Shown one piece after another: positions 19,364 through 28,517 of a stretch of 32,000 nt of DNA (positions are counted from its first letter, which is position 1; every line of letters starts with the position of its first letter). Made by a program: the position numbers and the translations under genes. Location: positions 330,001-362,000 of the forward strand of contig NZ_FNLK01000005.1 of assembly GCF_900105015.1 (NCBI RefSeq), written 5' to 3'. The notes under the pieces are model-generated. The model was given only the letters and a program-made list of their open reading frames with translations. It was not told the DNA's origin and did no database searches. The stretch is from Schaalia meyeri. GTDB lineage: Bacteria; Actinomycetota; Actinomycetes; Actinomycetales; Actinomycetaceae.

Positions 19364-20605
19364 TCAACTCAAAGTAACCGGCTTCACAATGTCTGCGACG
19401 ATCAGAATCACACTCATCGCGACGAGCAACCCGCCGACCGCCCACGTGAGGGGAACCAGCCGAGCCGTGTCCGCGGCACCCGGATCAGGGGCGCCCCGCC
19501 ACCGCGCGAACTGCCGACGCGCCCCCTCAAACACGGCGCCCAGCACGTGGCCTCCGTCAAGCGGCGGAAGCGGTATGAGGTTAAAGACAAAGAGCGCCAT
19601 ATTCAGCGACGCCAGCAGACTCAGCAGCACGGCCACGACCTGACGAGTATCGCGCAGCCCCAGGGCGTTGGAGTCCCCCGTCACCTCACCGGCCAGTCGA
19701 CCGACACCGACGACCGACACGACACCGGAAGAGTCCCTGCGCTCATCGGTAAAGACCGAACGGCCGACCTGCCACACCGCCTGCGGGAGCCGAACGATGA
19801 CGGACACGGTGCCCGTGAACATCTGCCAATTCGCCCGCGCCACGTCCGGCAGCGACGCCGACACGTACTCGTACGCGGCCGTCACTCCGATCAGGCGCGC
19901 CCCCTGCGCTCCCGTCACCGGGGTCACCGTCAGATCCACGGTCGCACCGTCCCGCTCGACGGTCAAAGCTGCAGACTCGCCCTCGGGCGTCGCCGCGATC
20001 GCGCGCTGCAGCTCCGCGAACGTGGCCACCGGCTGGCCGTTCCACGCTACGACAGTGTCCCCAGGACGCACCCCAGCCTCGTACGCGGGAGAAGCCACGT
20101 CGCCGCTCTCATTCGAGACGGTCGTCGGCACGCTAGCGATCATTCGTGACGCTGTCGGAGCGCCGATACCCACCATGGTGATCGCGGAAAGCACGAAACA
20201 GATCAGCAGGTTCATGAGCGGACCGCCGAGCATGACAGCGACCTTCTTCGGAGCGCTCAGCAGGTAGAAGGCGCGCGACTCCTGCCCCTCGGGTATCTCC
20301 TCCATCGCCGCCTCTCGCGCCTCCTGGGCGAGGGTCGGCTTCCCGCTGCGGCCCACCAGGCGCGTGCCCGGACGCGCCGGCGCATACATGCCGACGATCT
20401 TGACGTAGCCACCCAGCAGGATTGCTCGCAACGCGTAGGTCGTGTCCCCAATCTTTTTCTTCCACAGGGCGGGTCCAAAACCCACCGCGTAATCAGGCAC
20501 CAGAACGCCGAATTTCTTTGCCGGGAGCATATGCCCCACCTCGTGCAGCGCCACCGAGGCAAGAATGCCGACGACAACGACGACGATACCAACGATCGAA
20601 CCCAC
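19364..20605 (-). CDS. M50-family site-2 (RIP) zinc metalloprotease with PDZ domain (Rip1/RseP-like)
   Basis: 413 aa. HEVGH lies in the first TM, a PDZ-like middle region is present (GVRPGDTVVAWNGQPV), and NLIPLPPLDGGH is the second metal-ligand motif. GTG start lies 3 nt after the dxr stop. Confidence 0.9.
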   Translation of the reverse strand: MGSIVGIVVVVVGILASVALHEVGHMLPAKKFGVLVPDYAVGFGPALWKKKIGDTTYALRAILLGGYVKIVGMYAPARPGTRLVGRSGKPTLAQEAREAAMEEIPEGQESRAFYLLSAPKKVAVMLGGPLMNLLICFVLSAITMVGIGAPTASRMIASVPTTVSNESGDVASPAYEAGVRPGDTVVAWNGQPVATFAELQRAIAATPEGESAALTVERDGATVDLTVTPVTGAQGARLIGVTAAYEYVSASLPDVARANWQMFTGTVSVIVRLPQAVWQVGRSVFTDERRDSSGVVSVVGVGRLAGEVTGDSNALGLRDTRQVVAVLLSLLASLNMALFVFNLIPLPPLDGGHVLGAVFEGARRQFARWRGAPDPGAADTARLVPLTWAVGGLLVAMSVILIVADIVKPVTLS

Positions 20606-20608
20606 GGC

Positions 20609-21880
20609 TCACATGTCCTTCCAGCGGCTGGCGCGAACCAGTTCGCGCGCGCGCCGGTTAGCCCAGCGCTGTACCGCAATAGTGTCTTCCAACGAGGGAG
20701 CATTAACGCCCTCGTGCTCGTGTACAACCGCCGACACCGTATCAACGATTGCCAGCCACGGCACCTCTCCCGCGATAAAGGCGTCGACCAGAACCTCGTT
20801 CGCAGCGTTCAGCACGGCGGGGTGGGTCGCCGACGCCGCCACCGCGAACCGCGCCAGGTCAACGGCCGGGAACGTTTCGTTATCGATCGGCTCGAAGGAC
20901 CACTGAGAGGCGTTCCCCCACGTCAGCGGGTTCTTAACACCGACCAGGCGCTGCGGCCACGTCAACCCCAACGCGATCGGCACGCGCATATCCGGAGGCG
21001 ATGCCTGAAGCGTCGTCGCCCCATCGCACCACGTCACCATCGAATGCACGATCGACTGAGGATGAACAGTCGCAACAATGTGCTCCGGCGCAACATCGAA
21101 CAGCAGGTGCGCCTCAATCAGCTCCAGCCCCTTGTTCATAAGCGTCGAGGAATTGATCGTGACGACCGGCCCCATCTGCCACGTCGGATGAGCCAGCGCC
21201 TGCTCCGCGCGGACACCGCGCAGCTGCGAGCGGGTCCGGCCGCGAAAGGGCCCGCCCGAGGCCGTCAGAACAAGGTCGGCCACCTCCGAGCGCCCCGACA
21301 CGACCGGGGACGTCAGCCCGCGTTCATGAACACCCGAAGAGAGTGCCTGAGCGATCGCCGAGTGCTCCGAATCAACCGGCACAATCTGGCCCGGGAAACG
21401 CATCGCTTTCTTCACGAGCGCACCGCCAACGACAAGAGACTCCTTATTGGCCAGGGCCAATCGCGCACCGCACTGAAGCGCCGCGAGCGTGGAGGACAGG
21501 CCCACGCCCCCGGTGATACCGTTCAGCACGACGGGTGTCGAGTCGGCAGAGGACTCCCCCGCGTGCTGCACGCACGCGCGCACGACGTCAACAGACGCCT
21601 CGGGACCTACGAAAACCTCGGGGCATACGCCCCCCAGGGCACGCACCGCCGCCGCCAGTTCGTCACGCACATCGCGCGCGACGCCGACAAACGCCGGCTT
21701 CAGGGAGGCAATCTGTGACGCAAGCTCGCCGACCGAGTGCCCCCCAGCGCTCACCCCCACGACGTCGAAGCACCCCGGGTGAGCCTCGATCACCTCGCGC
21801 GCCTGCGTTCCGATCGACCCCGTCGATCCCAGGAGGACGACGGGAATCGGGTTTGATCGAAGATCGCCTGAAACGCTCAT
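20609..21880 (-). CDS. dxr: 1-deoxy-D-xylulose 5-phosphate reductoisomerase
   Basis: LGSTGSIGTQ NADPH motif plus LANKESLV, PVDSEHSA, HPTW.MG and NAANE blocks. The ATG overlaps the upstream stop (TGATG). Confidence 0.95.
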   Translation of the reverse strand: MSVSGDLRSNPIPVVLLGSTGSIGTQAREVIEAHPGCFDVVGVSAGGHSVGELASQIASLKPAFVGVARDVRDELAAAVRALGGVCPEVFVGPEASVDVVRACVQHAGESSADSTPVVLNGITGGVGLSSTLAALQCGARLALANKESLVVGGALVKKAMRFPGQIVPVDSEHSAIAQALSSGVHERGLTSPVVSGRSEVADLVLTASGGPFRGRTRSQLRGVRAEQALAHPTWQMGPVVTINSSTLMNKGLELIEAHLLFDVAPEHIVATVHPQSIVHSMVTWCDGATTLQASPPDMRVPIALGLTWPQRLVGVKNPLTWGNASQWSFEPIDNETFPAVDLARFAVAASATHPAVLNAANEVLVDAFIAGEVPWLAIVDTVSAVVHEHEGVNAPSLEDTIAVQRWANRRARELVRASRWKDM

Positions 21881-22428
21881 CAGTCAACCGCGAGCAGGAT
21901 CTCGACAGCGCGCCCCAGATACGCGTCCACCGGCCCCTCCATATACGCCTTCTTGCCGCGCTTTGGACGGAAGGTGACGCTGCGAATCTCGTCGGCGGTC
22001 ATCTCCCCGGCCTCGTCAAAGTAGGCGGCGATACGATCCAGCAGATCGTCGACTTCCTCGCACGCATAGCCCCGTCCAGACGTGGGGTGAGAGAAACGCT
22101 CGCCGCGTGGACGCTGCAGGCGCGGATACAGCGTCGTCGCGCGGTCGGCAACACGGTCGTACCAGGCCGCTTCGCCATCAGCGGCAACGGAATCCGCCCG
22201 ATCGCGATTCACGAACGCGGCCTCCAGGCGATTCATCGCGCCATCGACGGCCTCGATGCTGTATCCCCGACTCTTGAGTTCAAAGGTCGCCAGGCGCACC
22301 TGCTCCGCGCTGAACTGCTCAGGAGGAACACCCCCCTCGTACGCGCGACGCGCATCCTCAAAAAAGGCATCGACCTGCGCGCGGTCGTAGCCCTTGGAAA
22401 AAATGCCCACCGTAGGAAACTCAGTCAT
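21880..22428 (-). CDS. DivIVA-domain repeat protein (3-4 copies of the DivIVA N-terminal motif, no long coiled coil)
   Basis: 182 aa. Repeats are F.KGYDRAQVDAFFEDA, KSRGYSIEAVDGAMNRLE, SGRGYACEEVDDLLDRI and a weaker KKAYMEGPVDAYLGRA, all of the GY..[ED]VD..[FL] type. SD AAGGAG lies 5 nt upstream. Confidence 0.75.
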   Translation of the reverse strand: MTEFPTVGIFSKGYDRAQVDAFFEDARRAYEGGVPPEQFSAEQVRLATFELKSRGYSIEAVDGAMNRLEAAFVNRDRADSVAADGEAAWYDRVADRATTLYPRLQRPRGERFSHPTSGRGYACEEVDDLLDRIAAYFDEAGEMTADEIRSVTFRPKRGKKAYMEGPVDAYLGRAVEILLAVD

Positions 22429-22430
22429 GA

Positions 22431-22796
22431 CTACTCCTTATTCTCTGTCATGGCACGAAGAATCTCATCGACCGCGCCCGCAGTCCCAAACTCAGAGGCT
22501 ACCTGATCGAGGGCCGTTTCGGTACGGGCTTCTCCCGCGTCGGTGTCATCGCGCGAGGCGACATCAATCTCACGCTCGTACACCTCCTTGACCAGGCGAT
22601 CGATCTTCCGGTCCACCGCGCCCCTCTCGTATCCGCGAAAGCGGGTCGAAAAAAGAACAGTCAGCACGTCGGCCACGCTCACACGTTGCGCGCCTTCTTC
22701 GCCGTCCAGCCACTGACGAACGCGCTCCATGAACACATCGACCTCGCGCTTGTCGTAGCCGATCTGATACCACGCAACGATCGGAAACCCTCTCAA
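22431..22796 (-). CDS. DivIVA-domain repeat protein (2 copies), small acidic paralogue
   Basis: Repeats are [17 protein letters not shown] and [18 protein letters not shown] place the start at TTG 22796, with SD GGAAGGA 7 nt upstream and a TTGA overlap with the rlmN stop, giving 121 aa. The 195-aa track ORF would overlap rlmN by 226 nt. Confidence 0.6.
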   Translation of the reverse strand: MRGFPIVAWYQIGYDKREVDVFMERVRQWLDGEEGAQRVSVADVLTVLFSTRFRGYERGAVDRKIDRLVKEVYEREIDVASRDDTDAGEARTETALDQVASEFGTAGAVDEILRAMTENKE

Positions 22797-24016
22797 CGCT
22801 TTTCCTTCCGTAAAGACACACAACGCGTGCCCTCGGCGTGCGCCGTCGCCAGCTGGCCGCACGCGCCATCGATATCCGATCCGCGCGTATCCCGGATCGA
22901 CGTCGCAATCCCGCCTTCGCGCAGCCGCCGCACGAAAGCGTCCTGCGCCCGCCGCGTAGACGCCGTCCAGATCGAACCGGGGGTCGGATTCAGGGGAATC
23001 GGGTTCACGTGAACCCATCCATGCCCCCGCCTGTTGAGCTCATCCGCCAGCAGCTGAGCGCGCCACTCCTGGTCGTTCATGTCCTTGATCAGCGCATACT
23101 CGATCGACACCCGGCGTCCCGTGGCCAGAAAGTAGCCGCGCGCGGCATCCAAAAGTTCGCCGACCTTCCAGCGCGAGTTGATCGGAATGAGGTCATCTCT
23201 CAGATCGTCATCCGGGGCGTGCAGCGACACCGCGAGCGTAACCGGCATGCGCTCCCCTGCGAGCTTCCTGATCGCGGGCACGAGCCCGACAGTCGACACG
23301 GTAATGTTGCGCGCGCTCATTCCAAAGCCCTCGGGCGCGGGGTCGACCAGCCTGTGCAGCGCACCCACCACCGTTTTGTAGTTGGCCAGCGGCTCCCCCA
23401 TCCCCATAAAAACAACATTCGACAGCGAAGTCGGTCCACCCGCCAATGCGCCGTCACGGCACGAGGCATGCGCGGCGCGGACCTGATCGATAATCTCCGC
23501 CGTCGAGAGATTACGCGTCAGCCCCATCTGACCCGTCGCGCAGAACGGACACGCCATGCCGCAGCCCGCCTGAGACGACACACAGAGCGTGGTGCGCTGC
23601 GGATAGCGCATGAGGACGGACTCGACCTGCGCTCCATCGTACAGGCGCCACAGGTCCTTGATCGTGCGCCCACCATCCGCCTCAAGCGACACGACCTTCG
23701 TCACCAGCCGCGGCAGCAGCGCATGAGCCACCGCCTCATGCATCCCGGCCGGAATATCGCTCATCCGCGCCGGATCCGCCTCAAAATGCGCGAAATACTG
23801 GCGCGAGAGTTGATCGGCTCGAAACGGCGGAAAACCCATATCCTTCAGGATCCGCTTACGTCCCGCGCCATCTAGATCCGCCAAATGAGACGGCGCTTTG
23901 CCGCGCCGTTTCGCCGTAAAAGACAAGACGGGCCTGGCATTCTTATGGGTCGCCCCCTCGGGGGGCTGGTCCGTGGGACGCACCTCGCGGCGCGGGCGCT
24001 GCGGCGACGAGTCCAT
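22793..24016 (-). CDS. rlmN: 23S rRNA/tRNA adenine-C2 methyltransferase (radical SAM, RlmN)
   Basis: FRADQL..., [25 protein letters not shown] and the C-terminal DIDGACGQL are present. Start preferred at ATG 24016 (SD AGGGGG 7 nt upstream). TTG 24076, which overlaps the cdsA stop, is an alternative. Confidence 0.9.
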   Translation of the reverse strand: MDSSPQRPRREVRPTDQPPEGATHKNARPVLSFTAKRRGKAPSHLADLDGAGRKRILKDMGFPPFRADQLSRQYFAHFEADPARMSDIPAGMHEAVAHALLPRLVTKVVSLEADGGRTIKDLWRLYDGAQVESVLMRYPQRTTLCVSSQAGCGMACPFCATGQMGLTRNLSTAEIIDQVRAAHASCRDGALAGGPTSLSNVVFMGMGEPLANYKTVVGALHRLVDPAPEGFGMSARNITVSTVGLVPAIRKLAGERMPVTLAVSLHAPDDDLRDDLIPINSRWKVGELLDAARGYFLATGRRVSIEYALIKDMNDQEWRAQLLADELNRRGHGWVHVNPIPLNPTPGSIWTASTRRAQDAFVRRLREGGIATSIRDTRGSDIDGACGQLATAHAEGTRCVSLRKEKR

Positions 24017-24072
24017 GGCGGCCCCCTTTTTGTTTGCGTCACCCCCGCGGCTTTGGCCCCTGGTCGATTGGC

Positions 24073-24984
24073 TCAATGGCTAGACTCCCATGAAATCCCC
24101 GGCAGTGCCCACGCGAAGATGAAGTAGGCGACCGGCGCGCTCATGAGCAGCGCGTCCACTCGGTCAAGGACACCACCGTGACCCGGAAGGATCTGCGAGG
24201 TGTCTTTCAGCCCCGCCTCGCGCTTAATAAGGGACTCTGTCAGGTCCCCCATCGTCCCCACAAAGGCGATCGAAATGCCCGCAACGACGCCCCACCACCA
24301 GGAGGCGCCGAGCATCCACAGGCCGCCGACGCCGACAGCCGTCGCAGTCAGAGCCGACCCGACGAAGCCCTCCCACGATTTCTTCGGAGACAGGGCCGGT
24401 GCCATCGGATGCCTCCCGAAGAGCACGCCGAGCGCCCAACCACCCGTATCGTTGGCGATCACAATCAGCTCGAAAACTGCAAAGACCCACGGATTGCGCC
24501 ACGCCGCCAACATGAGCACCACGAACGACGCCAGGAAAGGCACGTACACGGCGACAAACGTCGAGGAAACGACGTCACTCATTCGTGATTCTTTTCGATA
24601 ATCGAGAAGGCGCCACGCGGCACACACGAAAACCGTGATATAGAGGGCGAAAAGCATCCCCTCACTGCCCAGCCACCACGCGCAGGTCACCATTCCGATT
24701 GCGCCGACATACAGCGGCGTCACCGTCAGCGTGATGCCCATGCGCGCGAAGGCACCGGCCAGTTCCCAGATGCCGACCAGGCTAACGAAGCCGATAACCC
24801 CGACGAACGCAGGAAGCGAGGTGAAAAGCGGAACGGCAACGGCAACGATAAGCACGACCGCCGTCGTTATCGCCTGCGCAAGATTACGCCCAGCTCTCCC
24901 CGTCACCCCGCTCGTCGGCTGCTTTTCGAGAGTGGGCCCCGGGGAAAAGACGCGGGCCAGAAGTGATCGATCCGTTGACGCCAT
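24073..24984 (-). CDS. cdsA: Phosphatidate cytidylyltransferase (CDP-diglyceride synthase)
   Basis: 303-aa polytopic membrane protein with the signature [29 protein letters not shown]. The ATG overlaps the frr stop (TGATG). Confidence 0.9.
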   Translation of the reverse strand: MASTDRSLLARVFSPGPTLEKQPTSGVTGRAGRNLAQAITTAVVLIVAVAVPLFTSLPAFVGVIGFVSLVGIWELAGAFARMGITLTVTPLYVGAIGMVTCAWWLGSEGMLFALYITVFVCAAWRLLDYRKESRMSDVVSSTFVAVYVPFLASFVVLMLAAWRNPWVFAVFELIVIANDTGGWALGVLFGRHPMAPALSPKKSWEGFVGSALTATAVGVGGLWMLGASWWWGVVAGISIAFVGTMGDLTESLIKREAGLKDTSQILPGHGGVLDRVDALLMSAPVAYFIFAWALPGISWESSH

Positions 24985-25541
24985 CAGACCGTCAGCAGTT
25001 CGCTTTCCTTCGCGGCGAGCATCTTATCGATCCGCTCGGTGTGGGCCTTGGTCATCGCATCCAGGGACTTCTCGGCGCGCGCGGCGTCGTCCTCCGAGGC
25101 CTCGCCATCCTTCTTCAGGCGGTCCAGCTGGTCCTTGGCCTTACGGCGTACGCTGCGCACCGACACACGTCCCTCTTCGGCCTTGGCCTTGGCCTGCTTC
25201 ACGTACTCCTTGCGGCGTTCCTCGGTCAAGGCGGGCAGAACAACGCGCACGACGTTGCCGTCGTCCGTGGGGTTGACGCCCAGGTCGGACTCGCGCAGCG
25301 TCCGAATAATCTCCTGCGTTGCCGTTCGATCGAACGGCGAGATCAGGACGGTACGCGCCTCTGGGATCTGGAAGCTCGCGAGCTGCTGCATCGGGGTGGG
25401 GGCGCCGTAGTAGTCCACCATGAGCTGCTCGAACATCGAGGACGTCGCACGCCCTGTACGAATGTTGGCGAACTCGTTGCTGGCCGAGCCGACGGCCTTG
25501 TCCATCTTTTCCTCGGCTTCGAGGAGAATATCGTCGATCAC
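24984..25541 (-). CDS. frr: Ribosome recycling factor
   Basis: 185 aa. ...RTGRA....L..I.VDYYG..TP..Q.A and P.LTEERRKE blocks are present. GTG start with SD AAGGAG 6 nt upstream. Confidence 0.95.
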   Translation of the reverse strand: MIDDILLEAEEKMDKAVGSASNEFANIRTGRATSSMFEQLMVDYYGAPTPMQQLASFQIPEARTVLISPFDRTATQEIIRTLRESDLGVNPTDDGNVVRVVLPALTEERRKEYVKQAKAKAEEGRVSVRSVRRKAKDQLDRLKKDGEASEDDAARAEKSLDAMTKAHTERIDKMLAAKESELLTV

Positions 25542-25579
25542 TGTGTGCTCCTTAACGTAAGTGGTCTCTGACGGTTATA

Positions 25580-26290
25580 TCACGCTGTGACTAGGGTACC
25601 GATTTCATCGCCCGTGAGCGCGCGGGTGACCGCGCGCTCACCAGACATCCCGAAGATGCGCGTGGTCAGACCGTTCTCGCGGCACAGCGCCAACGCGGAA
25701 CCATCGATGACCTTCAGGTCGCGGCGTAGCGCTTCCGAATACGTCAACGTGTCGAAGCGGTGCGCATCGGGGTTCTGATTCGGATCATCGTCGTACACGC
25801 CGTCCACGCCATTCTTGGCAACCAGGAGCTCGTCGCAGTGGATCTCGAGAGCGCGCTGAGCAGAAACGGTATCCGTCGAAAAGTACGGCAGGCCCGCACC
25901 GGCGCCGAAGACGACAACGCGCCCCTTTTCCAGATGGCGAATCGCGCGAAGCGGCAGGTACGGCTCGGCAACCTGCGCCATCGTGATCGCCGTCTGGACG
26001 CGCGCGGACACCCCAGACTGAGCGATGAAGTCCTGCAGGGCCAGGGCATTCATCACCGTGCCCAGCATCCCCATGTAGTCGGCGCGTGAGCGCTCAAGCC
26101 CCTCGCGGGCCAGCTGCGCGCCGCGGAAGAAGTTCCCACCGCCAACGACGATGGCGACCTGGACCCCCTCGCGTACCGCCGTGGCAACCTGCTCAGCGAT
26201 GTTGCGCACGACCGACGGATCCAAGCCGATCGTCCCACCTCCGAATGCCTCTCCGGAAAGCTTGAGCAAAACGCGGCGGTTCGTCGACAT
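25580..26290 (-). CDS. pyrH: UMP kinase
   Basis: 236 aa. [30 protein letters not shown] and TTDT-type (FSTDT) blocks are present. SD AAGGAG upstream. Confidence 0.95.
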   Translation of the reverse strand: MSTNRRVLLKLSGEAFGGGTIGLDPSVVRNIAEQVATAVREGVQVAIVVGGGNFFRGAQLAREGLERSRADYMGMLGTVMNALALQDFIAQSGVSARVQTAITMAQVAEPYLPLRAIRHLEKGRVVVFGAGAGLPYFSTDTVSAQRALEIHCDELLVAKNGVDGVYDDDPNQNPDAHRFDTLTYSEALRRDLKVIDGSALALCRENGLTTRIFGMSGERAVTRALTGDEIGTLVTA

Positions 26291-26360
26291 GACGCTTCTC
26301 CTTATATGACGGCCCTGCGCGGGCGGAACGATCAGGAACCATACTACCCGGTAACGGGAA

Positions 26361-26388
26361 AGCGGCCCCGCCTTTTTGCGGGGCCGCT
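26361..26388 (-). terminator. Hairpin after tsf (11-bp stem AGCGGCCCCGC / GCGGGGCCGCT, 6-nt loop)
   Basis: Read directly, 34 nt after the tsf stop. The minus strand continues TTCCCGTT. It separates rpsB-tsf from pyrH. Confidence 0.6.
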
Positions 26389-26421
26389 CCCATCTGTCAG
26401 CAAGCTGACGACCAAGCCAAC

Positions 26422-27249
26422 TCAGGCGCCGACATGCACGCGCACGAAATTGGTGACCGTGGCACCGACCTCCTTGAGCACCTGCCCCACGGACTTCGAG
26501 GGGTCGCGGGCGAAGGCCTGGTCAACCAGGCAGTTGTCCTTGTAGAACGCGTTCAGACGCCCCTCAACGATCTTGGGGACGATGTTGGCCGGCTTGCCTT
26601 CCTCAAGCGTGATCTTCTCGAGTGTGGCACGCTCCTTGTCAAGGACATCGGCGGGGACGGCTCCGCGATCCAGGTACGCCGGCATGTAGGCGGCGACGTG
26701 CATAGCGATGTCGTGGGCGACGTCCTTGCCAGCCGCATCGGTGACGACGAAGACGCCGACCTGCGGGGGCAGATCGGGGCTCGTCTGGTGCAGGTAGAGG
26801 TCAACGTTGTCGCCCTCGACGCGAATGACGCGACCGACCTGGAGCTTCTCGCCGATGATCGCAGCGAAAGCGTCCAGACGTTCCTTCACGGTACCGTCAC
26901 CCATGGGGGCGGCCAGCAGGGCATCCAGGTCCGCCGCACGGGAAGCAACCGCCGCGGCCAGGACCTCGTTCGCGAAGTCGATGAACTTCTGGTTCTTCGC
27001 CACAAAATCCGTCTCGGAGTTGACCTCGACCAGCACGCCGACGGTTCCGTCGGTGGTGGCGGCCAGCAGGCCGGCGGAGGCCTGGCGCCCCTCGCGCTTC
27101 GACAGGGACTTCAGGCCCTTCAGGCGGATGATCTCCAAGGCCTTCTCGGCGTCGCCGTCTGCCTCGGTCAGAGCCTTCTTCACATCCATCATGCCGGCGC
27201 CGGTCTGCTCACGCAGCGCCTTCACGTCTGCAGCGGTGAAATTCGCCAT
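26422..27249 (-). CDS. tsf: Translation elongation factor Ts
   Basis: The N-terminus [27 protein letters not shown] is the canonical EF-Ts UBA-like start. ATG 27249 has SD GAGAGGAA upstream. The track ORF is extended by 33 spurious codons. Confidence 0.95.
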   Translation of the reverse strand: MANFTAADVKALREQTGAGMMDVKKALTEADGDAEKALEIIRLKGLKSLSKREGRQASAGLLAATTDGTVGVLVEVNSETDFVAKNQKFIDFANEVLAAAVASRAADLDALLAAPMGDGTVKERLDAFAAIIGEKLQVGRVIRVEGDNVDLYLHQTSPDLPPQVGVFVVTDAAGKDVAHDIAMHVAAYMPAYLDRGAVPADVLDKERATLEKITLEEGKPANIVPKIVEGRLNAFYKDNCLVDQAFARDPSKSVGQVLKEVGATVTNFVRVHVGA

Positions 27250-27274
27250 CGGATGATTCCTCTCAGTTAAACGT

Positions 27275-28105
27275 TCAGTCCTGCTTGGGGGTGGACTCTT
27301 CGGTGGCCTGGTCCGCGGCAGCCTCGTCAGCCTTAACCTCGCCCTCAAGGAGCTCGCGCTCCCACTCGGCCAGCGGTTCGGCGGCGGCCTCGTCGCCCTT
27401 GCCCTTACGGACGTCGGAGCGGGCGATCAGGCCCTCGGCGACGGCATCGGCAATGACACGGGTCAGCAGCGCGACGGCGCGGATGGCATCATCGTTGCCG
27501 GGAATGCGGTAGTCAACCTCGTCCGGATCGGCGTTGGTGTCGAGGATGGCAACGATCGGAATGCGCAGCTTGCGAGCCTCGGAAACCGCGAGGTGCTCCT
27601 TCTTGGGGTCAACGATCCACACCGCGGAGGGCACCTTCGTCATATCGCGGATACCGCCCAGGGTACGGGCCAGCTTATCCTTCTCGCGACGCATCATGAG
27701 CAGTTCCTTCTTGGTGTGACCGGAGGAGGCCACGTCATCGAAGTCGATCTGCTCGAGTTCCTTCAGGCGCTGCAGACGCTTCGCAACAGTCGAGAAGTTG
27801 GTGAGCATGCCACCGAGCCAACGGTGGTTCACATAGGGCATGCCCACGCGCTGGGCCTGCTCGGCCACGGCCTCCTGGGCCTGCTTCTTGGTGCCGACGA
27901 ACAGCAGGGTGCCGCCGTGGGCAACCGTCTGCTTGACGAAATCGAAGGCAATGTCGATGTCAGCGATGGTCTGGCGCAAGTCGATGATGTAAATGCCGTT
28001 GCGCTCGGTGAGGATGAAGCGCTTCATCTTCGGGTTCCAACGGCGAGTCTGGTGACCGAAGTGGACACCGGACTCAAGGAGCTGACGCATGGTAACGATG
28101 GCCAT
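27275..28105 (-). CDS. rpsB: 30S ribosomal protein S2
   Basis: [22 protein letters not shown] start, with an acidic C-terminal tail typical of actinobacterial S2. Confidence 0.96.
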   Translation of the reverse strand: MAIVTMRQLLESGVHFGHQTRRWNPKMKRFILTERNGIYIIDLRQTIADIDIAFDFVKQTVAHGGTLLFVGTKKQAQEAVAEQAQRVGMPYVNHRWLGGMLTNFSTVAKRLQRLKELEQIDFDDVASSGHTKKELLMMRREKDKLARTLGGIRDMTKVPSAVWIVDPKKEHLAVSEARKLRIPIVAILDTNADPDEVDYRIPGNDDAIRAVALLTRVIADAVAEGLIARSDVRKGKGDEAAAEPLAEWERELLEGEVKADEAAADQATEESTPKQD

Positions 28106-28290
28106 GGTTCGTCCTTCCCCCGCAAGTCGCGAGTGATCAGTGGGGTTTCCCCCAGGTTATCGGTTAGCTGTGCGCTGAGCGCACCCTGGCGCCACGACTG
28201 ACAACCATCCCCGAAGGGACCGAAGCTGTCTCGCCTCGCATCCCCGGCGTTTTCTCCCGGGACGCGATAATGGCGCGCGAAGTCACTTGC
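28106..28290 (-). promoter_or_regulatory. Structured 5' leader/promoter region of rpsB-tsf
   Basis: The minus strand carries three compact hairpins before SD GGGGGAAGGA. They are GACAGC..TCCC-TTCG-GGGA..GTTGTC (28200-28230), GTGCGC-TCA-GCGCAC (28170-28184) and TGGGG-GAAA-CCCCA (28141-28154). Candidate -10 hexamers are CATTAT (near 28266-28271) and TAAAAT (near 28307-28312). Confidence 0.4.
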
Positions 28291-28517
28291 ACGGCAAGTG
28301 CCCGGTCATTTTACCTCACACCCGTCACCGTGTCAGGCACGAGGCGGGTGCGAGTTTGCCGACTGCTGGCAAAATCGCCGAGGCCGTGCTCGCGCCGGGT
28401 AGATCGGGGCGTTCGTCGGGCTGGTCTTTTCCACAGACCTCCGCAGGTATAGATCCGTATCCACAGGCCCCTCCATTCGCGTCGCGTGTCGTCATCGCGA
28501 CGCGCACAGTGACGATT

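Noticed and set aside
22797-23018. N-terminal 74 codons of the 195-aa track ORF for the small DivIVA-domain gene
   Set aside because: This extension would overlap the rlmN 3' end by 226 nt and has an Arg/Ala/Gly-rich junk-like translation. The in-frame TTG at 22796, with a strong SD and a TTGA stop/start overlap, is a better start.
28291-28517. Possible ydaO-type c-di-AMP riboswitch upstream of the M23 cell-wall gene
   Set aside because: I could not find the conserved core strings I remember for that class, such as the CCGAACCCG...AGCTAACCTCGTA-like block, on either strand. The call remains open only to a formal covariance-model scan.
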